A stretch of DNA of 64,000 nucleotides from the NCBI GenBank assembly GCA_040954595.2, contig CM082580.2:8844390-8908389 (forward strand), in the 5' to 3' direction. Both the position numbers and the translations under genes were made by a program. Under the pieces are notes generated by a model. That model saw nothing but the letters and a program-made list of their open reading frames with translations, had not been told where the DNA came from and searched no databases. Below are positions 24,106 to 36,100 of the stretch, one piece after another. The number at the start of each line of letters is the position of its first letter. Position 1 is the first letter of the stretch. Source of the stretch: Balanoglossus misakiensis. Lineage: Eukaryota > Animalia > Hemichordata.

Positions 24106-27100
24106 CTATTGGCTCTGTTCCTCGTCCTCGCTGTCAAAGAAATATCTAGCCTGAATTATGAAGAGCTCTATGATGTCTCTCATTTTCATGTTCTGCGCCA
24201 TGGCCTCAAAGGAATTGAATTCCGGGTGGAGGAGGGTGGGCCACCAGCACACCGACAGATTCTCGCTGTTCATCAGGTTCAACGAGCTCGACAGTGTGAT
24301 TCTGTTGAGATAAAAAAAAGAAAAGAAGTGGCAGAGAGGTTAGAATCCAATCGGGGGGGGGGGGGGTTGTCTGGTTGGCTGCTGGCAGACGCAAGCCGTC
24401 ACAGACATGTGTACTCACACTTCTTGAACTATGCGAGTTTAAGCTGTTCTTTCTTTTTTTGAGCACAGGTGCACACACTTGAAGAAGAGTGAGGAGAGAT
24501 GGGTCAAAGGTCAAAGGTGAGGATGAGTCGTTAGCTGGCTGCAATAAGGAGTTCAAGCATTGACTGTTAGTTTAGTACACTGCTACAATCTGGACTAGTA
24601 CAGATTTTGTTAGTATAGTAGAAAGTTTCTTAAACCAATACTACTGATTATCGCAGCATTGAAAACGGGATAGATGTATAAACTCCCAGGAGTATAAAAT
24701 TTCATTTTCACGTGATTTTCAGAGGACATTTTCGGAAATTCAAGGTCAGGATCAAACAACCCCAAGGTCAATTCTATTCTGAAACCAACAAAGGAGGGTT
24801 AAAATTTTAGTCTAGCACTTAAAGACACCTTAAGCAAATTAAGCTTAAAGATAGTGCAGCAAAGTAGAGATTGCCCCATGCACCTTATACCCTGCAGAGC
24901 AAAACAATAAAAGTAAAGTAAATAAGTGCATTCCTTAAACACAAACAAAAAGCAGAGAAGTATTAGAAATTAAATTAAAAGTGTGTGCATTAACACAGAA
25001 AGGAATATTAACATTGCCAAAGAATCTATCCCCAGCAGGCAGAATAAGTTGCGTGTTAATAAAAGTTTCTGCAATGAGAAAATAGTAATAAAAGCAGCAT
25101 ATTATATGCCCATATTTTTGCTGTTATTTTTACAAAGCATGCAAGCATAATCTTAGAGTTATTTTCAAAATGTTAAGAGCGCACTGAATATGGCTTGTCT
25201 GAGCATTTGCGGACACGACTTTGGTAACACACCGGTCAAAGAGTTGGACATGACTAGATTTTCTAGGTGACACCATTTGAGGTATTTCTTACAATGCCCA
25301 AAGTTTGGTACAAATAATTCAGTTTTTTCTCTCAATGTTACATTCACTGGGAAACACATTGATATGGTACGATTTAACCGATATTAGTTCAGAAGGAAAG
25401 AAGATCAAAATGGTGGCAATGGTGTGGATAAATGAGGCAGTGTTACCATGGAAAGCAGATAGAGACAACCTGTGTTTGGGTGATTAGAAAATGGTGCAAG
25501 GAAGGAACCATAATTATTAGTATTAGTTACAGAGCCAACAGCAGGATACAACTAAAAGCGGGTGAAAAATGATGTTAGAGTTGTATTATCCTTCGAGTGA
25601 TTAATATGGGAATGTGAAGCTGTAGTGATACCTGCAGTTTAAACTGTTATTTTGTTATCTGAAAGAATGCACTGATCTAGACTTATGTGAGTCGGAGAAG
25701 TATGGATTCTTCCAAAACATATTGTAATCCATAATAAAATTGCTCATGTTTAAAACACCTTTTGAGATGTCTTTAACAAACAAACCGCCTCAACAGATAT
25801 TTTATAGTCATTAGTATTCATTGGTTTCCAAATGTCTGTTCAAGAAGAAATGTTTTAAGATGAAACAGTGTGCGTAAGTAAACTAGTTTATTAGTATACT
25901 ATTTATAAAACAGAGCAGGTGTATTCTAAGTTTTCCGACAGTCGACTCTTGATCAACCCCTGTCAGGGAGAGAGGTACGACAGAATTCTATGGGTGAAGA
26001 AAAAGAAAATGCTGGTTGCATAGGGTCAAGAAAGTGGTATGGTGTTACGGGGGGAGGGGGGGATGAAGAATGACCTCCAGTGAGTCTTAGATTAACACCT
26101 GTCAAAAAATTTTGTATGCAAATTCCGGGGCAATATCCCTACTTTTATCAGGCAAACTGAGAAAGGGATGAGGTAAGTTTTTTTCAATTTTGTTATCTAT
26201 AAAACTTCAGACAAGAGATGATAGATCTTGACAAGCTTCTGTAGTATCAAATGGAAAGGGTTGGAGAGTTGATAGATAAAATTGAACTCACCTGTGTAGA
26301 TGCGTCATCATATAAGCCAAGACATCAAAATTTGCATCAGGGAGTTTATCCAGTAAATTTCTCAAGGATTCCAATCTTTTGTCCTGTTCTTGGTGTCCTG
26401 AGGTCCAAACAGAAACGATGGTGTTACGATTTTACAGTCAATGCAGACGTGGTTATGGCTATGTGGTCTTATAATAGGCTCTACTGAATATCATACACTT
26501 GGCAGGTTTAAGTGGGCGCTGGTAGTTTAGGCCCCCTTTGAAATCAAACCAGTTTCAATTGATTTGGTCGTAATAGGATGACGCATGTCCCAGATAGACA
26601 CCAGAGTTATCTAACCACAGTTGTCTGCTATCCTCTTAACCCTTTCACCACCATGGTCCAAACCCATTGTTTTCTATGGTAAGGTTGGACCACCAAAGAG
26701 GGAACTGGGTAAAGGTTAAACACCTGTGACTCAAAACAAGCAGACACTACAACACACAGGAATGACTCTCAACAAAGCAAACTGCTTGCAACTCACCGAC
26801 TGCTTCTAAGAAATCCGCCTGCATGTTCACCGGAATAATCGGGTCAGGCAACTCATTGAAGAAATACTTCAACGCAGTTGCCACGGCGTTGATGCCGATA
26901 TTCAGCTCCGCTAGATCAAAAGTTGGATCTGAAAGAGGAATGATGTTGAACCAATCTCCTTGCTGATGGAAATTACCAGTAAAGTATTGACATCATAAGC
27001 AACCAACGATTTTAATATGCAATCTTTACAGTACACTAATTGCAAGATGTTACCTGTACAGGAATTGTACAAGGTTGGCTAATTGAAAAGACATGAAAAA

Positions 27101-30100
27101 TGAGGGTGGGCCATTTACCGTCGTCAAACTTTTGAAGGATGAGATCGCTGTCAACGTTTTTACCAGGCACTCTGTACAACCCTTCTGCGTGTAGACCTGT
27201 GATACAAGAAGAGCACACACATGAAGGTATCTTTAAATTATACAATCTGACTCTTCATTGCGACTATAAAAGTCAAATCGATCTTATTTTTCTTCTGTAA
27301 ACATTGCATGTGGAAAAGCTTCTGACAAGGAAGAAACACTTTGATTTTTGACAGCATGCAGCTTCTACTCACCCTCAGCTTCCAAGTACTCGACACATTT
27401 GACAACAAACAACGGGACCCTGTCGTCCTCGTTGACAATTTCCTCCAGCGGGCAACCGAAATAATTGTACGACACCGACACATTGCCTCCTTTAGTTTTT
27501 TTGTTCTTCTTTTTCTTCTCCTAGGGGAAATCGACACCACACGGGGGAAACGGCGTTAGAAATGAACCCATCAGAAATGACAGAAACAAGTCTCTTGTTC
27601 AGTAGGAATTTTTTAGAATTTCACAACAGACGTTCACGATTTGATCAGTTGTACTCAGCGGCTAAAAGAGTTGAATTCAAGCAATGCCAACAATGGACTG
27701 TATAACATCAACAGACGGCAACTTTTATCCTCCACCAACACCTTCACTCCATCATCCTCTCTCACCTCCTCTTTCTGTTTTCGCTTCTCTTCTTCTCGAA
27801 GCCGCTTCTCCTCCTTCTTCTTCTGTTTCTCCAACTCCCTCTCCTCCTTTTTCGATCTTTTGTTCTTCCTTTCTTCGTGGTTACCCTGGATACCAGACAA
27901 AGAAAGACAACACATTAAATACGGTTTCAAAAAGAATGCGCGGACCCTACTCCACGAGGGGTAGTCTCCTTAACAGCGAGCCCCCAAGTCACTATCTCAA
28001 TGCCGCAATCTCATAACATGTACTCATTCTTTGAAAACATTTTTAGCATTCTTGTTTGTTTTTTTTATCTCAGCCACCGATTTTTTTTACAGTCAAATGT
28101 GACAAATTTCTCCATAGGCCATTTTTTGAAAATAATCAAGTCACAAGACAGAGGCTTTGTTCTTTTTCATATCAAGGGAACACTTTGGTTAACCCTTCCA
28201 CCCCCCACCCCCCCAGTTCCCTCTTTAGAGGTCCAACCTTACCACAGAAAACAATGGGTTTCGACTGAACTATGTTGGTGGAAGGGTTTAAAAACCTGAC
28301 ATACTTCTCCGTTCTCTTCAACCGGCCTCATCATCGGTAAGACCTGAACTCTTGACAGGTCACTATATCCACTGCCAACAGATTCGTACATGGAGCCGTC
28401 ATCCTCATATGCTTTGTGTTTGTGACTCGGCAGACGTGAATGACTGACATGGTCTTCTCCACTGTCGCTGCTTGAGTCTGTCAGTTGCAGAGAAAAAGAA
28501 ATGTGAGAAAAATCATAAATATATATATACATGTATATGTTCAAGGTTTGGATAAAATGCCTGAGGCATGAATTCATCCAGCGAGACTCAGGTGGGACGA
28601 AGGTGAAAATTGTAATTTCTGTGATAATTTTTGGACAGGTGTATTGAAAATTAGGGGGGGGGGGGGGTATGAGGGTCTGAAGGCAACACAAAAGGAAAAT
28701 TATCTGACTTTTCCCTGTCAACTGAACTTATTTTTTGGTAATGTCAAACCCAGCCAGACCAGTTGATGTGTCAATTTTTTTTTTAATTGATGAGTTCAAT
28801 GTGAGTACACTCTAGGCATAGGGAAGACTATTAACAGTGCTGTCAACTTCTAACACTTGGGGAAAAACACACTAAGATATTAGCAAACTGATGGTCTCTC
28901 AAATCAGTCACTGACCGGATGGAGGACAGTTACAAGTCAATACTGAGGATAGTGAGGCCGCTGCTTTGGGGGGGGGGGGGTGTCAGATGAAATGCATGCG
29001 AGCCTAGGAACATATCTTGAGTAACCTGGGGAGTTCATCTCCATCAAAAACTATAGGTGAACACAAGGGTTCTACTAGGATTTGTGATATGTCAATAGTT
29101 ATTAGTCAACTGACTTTCCCGATGCAGAGATCTCTCACCGGTGCACAACATGCAAGACATCAAAAAGACATCAAACACTCACAGTCACAACCCACAACAC
29201 ATCCATGCCGAGTGTTTAGTGTGTTAGAAGAACATGCTGCTTACCAACGCTAGGTTTCCTGGCCTCGGCGTACTCTAACCTGTCGAGGCTCCTATCTGGA
29301 ACGGGTGGGGGCAGGTCGGAAGCAGGGGACGGCCTACTATTGGGCACTTTGGGTTTGGGTTTTTTCTTAGGCTGCCGCACGGCCGAGGCGTACTCAACGT
29401 TGTTGTCACCTTTTGCCGCACGCTCCAACGAAGACTGGTCGCTCTCGGAGTCCGTGTGGCTCGCCTTGGCCTTCGGCGCCCGGTGACTTCGGACTTTTGT
29501 CATCTGTAACCCAAGGAAAAAAATATATATATAAATGTATTTTTGACTACACGTATCATGAAAAAACATCTGTGTGTGAGTTTCTCCTATGAAGCAGAAG
29601 CGTTACTGTACTCTTGTACATGCAGTTTACAAACAGACTGTTTTGTCAGGCAAATACAGCAATGATGAGAATACTTCACACACCAAATGAAATGTTGCTA
29701 TACACTTACTCAATCCACTGTTGGCTCGGCTGAGTACAATTACACACATTTGTCGATGGTCCAAATAATGCCATGGACCATCCTTTTTGTCACAGGGAAG
29801 TGTAATCTACTCCAATAAACTTACATTCCGAGCAGTTTTACCAAAATATAATTGAGACTTTTGGTGTATGATGTATGACCACAACTGAGATGCCTCTGCC
29901 CCGATTTGCACAGGTTCCAACTCCAACTATTACGGGAGCATACGCCAGATAAACTTGATCACAATTCAGAAGAAAGCCTTCTACATAACACAGTACATTG
30001 TAGTGTTGCTTATATCAGAACATTAAGGGAGAGGTAGGGGGTACCAAACCAAACATGTAAACCAAGAAAATTAATTCACCAGGTTTGACTTGTTAGAAGC

Positions 30101-33100
30101 GTAGATGGGCAAAAACTCAGATGCAGGGGGGAAAAATAAATGCAAAGGGAAGTGGGTTGTCATGGAAATACACCACGAGACTAGGCAAAGCAATATTAAA
30201 AAACGTGGAGATGAAAAATGATAAATCCAGAAATAAAAAAGCAACTTTGTTATCAATTACAAGCGGCTGAAACTGAGCTTTTTTTTTTTTTAACTTATCA
30301 GAGGTAGTAGTAAGTCTAAGTTTGTTGATATTAGTACCTTGGAAGCCTTATTAGCATCGTGTACTTCACTGTAGACGCCATCCCCAGGTCCAACCACCAC
30401 TACCGGCCGCTGCTTAAGAAGATCTTTAGGCAAAGCATAATCATCCTCGGGCGTTGCTAACGGCGCTCGGTTTGGCCCAATACTGGGCTCTCCCTGTCGT
30501 AAAGTTTCGTTTAGGTTTTTAAACTTTGTTATGTCTAGTTTCCCCTGCAAATACAATGGATACAGAGTCTTACAATTTGTTTGTAAATTTTTTCTCCCCT
30601 CATGAGTTCACACTTTATTTGGAGTGGGGTCACTTTCTTTCTCTCCTGCATTGTCAACTTTAAGGAGCTACCTTCTGGAAAGTTTTTTGGCATGACAGAC
30701 TGCAATTTTGCATGGACCTCACAGAAAACTTGTAACGTGTGCTTTTGTGCAGAAAATAAAAAGCTCAGAAAACAATACGAAATAATTTGCTTTGACGCAT
30801 ATCCCAGGCCTTTCTACTTCTAGATTTGCTTCTACCTACACGCACACATAGCCAGCATCTACAATTATTTTTTTTTGGAATGTGTCGTATGAGCAAACCA
30901 CGTAATGATATGGGCTGTATGATCTTGTGTGCAAATATATATGTGCAGATAAGTTGGGGAGGGGGGGGGGGCAGGGAATATGAGTGGTTTGTTATTCTCC
31001 CAGAGCGAGTAAACCATGCTGAATTGTGAGTGCTCACTGGGAAGCAACGGGATCGGAGTACATACAGGAAAATACAAGTTCAAGTTCATATTTCCATGTC
31101 GCCATGACAGGGAAAGATTTAAAGAAATTTCCACTTCACAGAGTGTGTGATGAACTGGGAGACAACACTCATCACATATTTTTTTCCTTGATATGTTAAT
31201 GTAACCCTTTCACCTGTTTTCTGGTATAGAAGTCCAACTTTACCACAGAAAACAAAAGATTTGGACCAAACCATTGTGGTGAGAGGGTTAAAGGCTGTTA
31301 AAAAAGAAAGAAAAGAAAGAAACTCACCGGCTTGGGCGGTGGCTTGGGCTTGCCAGACGCCTCTCTCCTGTCTACAGTTGCCGGCGGCGATTGAAACGAC
31401 TCGTAGGCCACGTTCTCCACCATGTCCACACCTGGCTTCTCCTGTTTCTGCTTCTCTAGGTCGAAGCCTTCGTACGCCTGATTGTCAACCCAGCCTGCAA
31501 ATAAATATACGCCAGTTTGTTGAGGTCATTGACGCACACTGCCAGCACGGCTGCCGTATATTCAAACCCACCGGAGACGGACGCTCGGTGAAAACAGGTG
31601 GGACAACAACGCATACAATGTATTTTAATGGTTAGGTTAGTCAATTGAACTGCTACAAATCTGTGTACAGCAAGTCCTTGGGGGTCAGTGTGCTAGTGGC
31701 TGTGGTCTTCAAGTCTGTATTAAACTGAGGTTTATACCATGTTTGCAATCAAGAAAACGTTTTTTTTTACTTTTATACCTTTTGTAAAAGTAGCCTTACA
31801 CATCTTACATTGGTGCAATGGATATCATGCAATTTTTACATCATGCAAAATGTGAATATATCGTGACCTGGTGCGATAAACACATATATTTGATAGTCCT
31901 TCATGTAAAACCTCACTAGAGATCTTGAAATAGTTTTTCTATCAACAAACTGTTGCTGGACGTCCAAAATGCACACCTCTTACAATTTGAATATATGCAA
32001 ATTATTTTGTAATTTGCATATTAATAGTACATGGCTGGGCAATATTTTAGAATAAATTACTCAGAAGTTGTACATGTATGGTCTGTTTTAAATGAAGGAT
32101 TACATGCTTGTGAATTATGTGGTACCAGGAACCTGTAACAAATTTTGCATTTAACGTAATTTATTAGCACATGTATAAACAACCACAACATATTCATTAT
32201 GCAATGTGTGTGTTTGGGGCAATAGATTGATAATGAAACTTGAACATATTCGCTAAATGAAACTTTTTGTTTAAATTTAAAGATTATGATACAATAGCTG
32301 TAACTTTTGACACTTTTTATCACTGTAAACTTTTACAAGTCTGATGTGTCTGAAAGTTATATGAGCAGTTTTTTAGGTGGCTACTTTGTGGCAGTGCAGT
32401 GCAAGAATCCATGCATCTACCGTGGTGTTAATTTTAACACAGGACTGTGACAGTTGTTAGAACTGACAGTGAATACAGTAAAGTTTGTACGATAGCACAT
32501 TATCAAAACATAAAACATGGGTGGGCAGCATCCCATTTGGTTCATAGAGGTCATAGGTCATCTGACAGGAGATGTGTAGATCGCATTATTGAGCATAAAG
32601 AACTGGGCACAGGGAAAATAAAAAATGTCATGTTTGTGTGATTGTTCGTGTCTTTCTCCCCAACATACAAAGCAGCTCTCTTGTGGTTTTACACTGAGAG
32701 AAACTCATAAGATGCAAATAAGTTTATTAACCCTTTCACCACCACGGTTTGGTCCAAATCAATTGTTTTCTACTGTAGTTGGACCTCTGTATAGGGATCT
32801 GGGGGGTGAAAGGGTTAAACAAACCAACAACGCAGAAACAGTGAAAAATACAGAGAACAAAGAGAAGACAGATTTACCCTCTTCTCTCGTAGCAGGTCTA
32901 AGAGTGTTAGGAGGCGGCAGATGAGGAGGAAAGACAGGAGGAGGAGGAGGCAGCTGAGGTTGCCTCTGCCAAGGAGCAACACGAGGTTCCCTCGGAGTCT
33001 GATCGACAGATTCATAGACGTCATTATCCTTCCAACCTAGTATTGAAGAGAGGAAAATGCTGAGTGCACGAAAACAGACAGTGTTACTTCCCCGAGTTAT

Positions 33101-36100
33101 TACTGAAGTGCATACAGACACATGCTGTTTTACCGTTGTTCTTAATTTAGGGGGAGGGGAGGGCCGTACTGGGCTTGTTGTGTATGCCAGAGTTGTTCAG
33201 TGTTAGTAGCAAGATAGCAACATAGAGAGTTTACTGGTATAGTGAGGACGAGAGAGTGAAGAGATTTGGCAGGTGGGGGAGAATACATTACCTGATGATA
33301 TTGTTACAGTGCGGGTGGAGCCTGTCCAACAACATGCTAAGACACTGTGCACTTTGGGAGCAAGTTTGAACGACACTAAACATTCGCTGTTTTGGCCTGT
33401 GCAGGTTACTCATTTTTGATGTTCCTGTTTTTAGCTGCCATGCATGTTATTTTTGTCTTCCATAGAAAGACAAAGGATAAAACTTGACTTCTTGTAAAAT
33501 GAAAAGTTTTTACTTGTAATCTCAGAGAGTATAGTGAGGGACTGGTTTATAGTTCACTAATCTATAGAGCAGGCAAAACTGACAGAGAAAACCATGCGAT
33601 ATACACTGTTACAAACCATTTCAAAAATCCCCAAACACCAAAAGAAAACGCTTAACACCAAGATGATCGATAAACCACTTAGAAACCCTGGATGATCCAT
33701 ACATGCCCGTGAAGAATATGTTTTACATTTCCTACACTACACAGAATGGTACCCCAAAACATGGTGACGTGAAACAGTCTTCACGGGTGATGTTTAATTC
33801 CTTGAATACCAATATGGAAGTTGGATTTCATATATAAAAGAGAGAGTGTTAAATTCCTGCTTATTTTACAGAGCAAGGTTTTATACATAGGAACCTTAGG
33901 CCAGATGTACATTTAAGATTGTTACAGCTGAGCACTATCACGGAGATACAAAAAAAGTTTCACGCGCCAACCTGCAACACATTATTAATTAAAAAAACAC
34001 AGGAGCAATTCCCAAACCCGATGGCATCTTTTTAGCCACGAGGCTGGATGCTGAGCAGCAGCGAGTGCGACTAACTACGTACGGTGCGAGGTGTGGTGCG
34101 TTGCTGTGCTTGAGGCCTACCTACAGACTACACCCATCTATACGACTACGCCTCTACTGTGTGAAGACAAGACAGTGGGAGTTTGATGCAGGTAGCCAGC
34201 CAGGAAAGCAGAGGAGGTAGGTCGGTGTACTGCGCGGAGAGAGAGAGATGGGAATGTGCCCGGAATGACGTTGTGTGTGAGGTAAAACAACGTGGAGGAG
34301 ACGATGAACTTGTAGAGGGGGGGAGGGAGAGAAAACAGTGGGAGGTTAGGTGGTTTCTGGAGAGTGCGAGAGATGGTAAGGAACGGTGTGAGAGAAGACA
34401 TATACCAGTAATTGCAGGCTCTGTGGGGAACGACCCTGGAGGCATACTATTACGAACCCACACACCATCTGTATTGGAAGACACAGAAAAAAAAATAGCA
34501 GACATGAAAATACAGAAAAAAACTATATCCGAAACATGAACTGTAAACGTTTGGAAAAATACGCAGGATAAAGTCTGCGACATAACATTACATTAACGAC
34601 ACATAGAGATGACTGGAGATGTTACCATCTTACAGTCTGTAACATAGTTTGGCCTTAATGTTTTATACTGTGGGGAAAATGCACATTTCTATCATTGCAC
34701 TTTTCATTCAAAAATTCAAAGTGGCAAAAAATATTTGAATATTATTTGCAACTGTAAACATTCAAAATCCTGAGACCAGAAAGATGTACTTCAAAAAATA
34801 TAAAAGGCATCATCACAATAAAATTTTGAATATTGTTTTGTGAACATCTATTGCAAATTTGTGTATTTTTCTCCTAATTGACATTGTGTTCATATTGTAC
34901 TTCTTTCTATTTTTTTTCTCAATGACTTTTCACCCCATAATTTTTGGGAAAGAGCAGAAAAGTGCATGGAGCATTGGGTTTGGGTTGGAAAGCAATTGCC
35001 CGTAAACTATGTTACCGGTACGATGATTGAAAGAAAATTATAAACAGAGGTTGATTTGGTACATAAAATGATAGAGACTTGACAATGACATGACACGGTA
35101 AGATGAGATGCAAAAATGGATTATTATCAGAAGGGATGGAGGGGAATGATCAATGAACCGGGTCAATGGCCAGTGCATGCATTTACTACTTGCTAGGTTC
35201 TATCAAATTCTAGGCTACCAATAAAACCTCTGATTATCGAGTATTCTCATAAAACCGGTGTTAGAATCGGGTTACAGTGCACAAGCTTAGTTTTGAACAG
35301 TTTAGTAACTATGGTTATGCTGTATTAATCGACTCTGAACCGTACAAAAACATTTCAATGACTCCTTTTCTTTGTAGAAGAGAGTTGACTTCTTCTGTAG
35401 TATTCGTCACTTGCGGGTTGCCTTGTCACCACTGAAACATGCTAGTTTTGACTTTGAAACTCTGGCAGCAATCTGAATCGACTATGTTGTTGGCATCGAA
35501 ATGCTTTTTCACTTGAAAATACACTGGTCTTTCGAAATCAAATGAGACGATTTTCATTCGTTTCAAACCAAACTTTTGTGCCTTTTTTTTTTACGTAGTA
35601 TGTTTTTGTTTATTCACCAATTACTTAATATGAAGAAATATTTCATTTGGAAAGGAATAAAATGTTAATCCATACAATTATCATTAAATGTAAGCAAATT
35701 ATTAAACTGTCCCATTTTTTGTTAAAAAAAGAGCAAACGCCCAAACCATTTACATATAATATTCTGTTAATGCAACCTGTTACAAATCGTCACACACTGA
35801 AAATTAGCATACCTTCTTCGGGTTCAGGGGATTTCAGTTTCAGGGAGTGTCGTATTGATGATGATTGACCCCTTGGAGGCTTGGGCGGCCGGGTCCTACC
35901 CACAGTGTTGTAGAGCAGGTCGATGGGATCTGCGGGACGGAGCATGCCATGAGAAAAAAGCAGAGCATTTGAGCATAGAGGCGTTATATCTGCTTGTCAG
36001 GTTGAGACAAGAGCGCCACCAAGCAGTGGAGGGCCACCAGTCAGTGTACAGCGCCGCCAAGAGGGCAAGACGTGCACCATACCAAAAGAGTTGAACGCAC

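Noticed and set aside
25319-25469. Possible third terminal exon of p190 (phase-2 AG with CTAAT upstream, reading [25 protein letters not shown]...)
   Set aside because: No similarity to the N-x-M-x-x-x-N-L GAP segment, a poor pyrimidine tract and AT-rich non-coding-like composition. It is not supportable without RNA data.
34121-34137. 17-nt AG...GT segment ending in an in-frame TAG, a possible poison microexon downstream of a long pyrimidine-rich tract
   Set aside because: The immediate acceptor context is weak and such short matches arise by chance.
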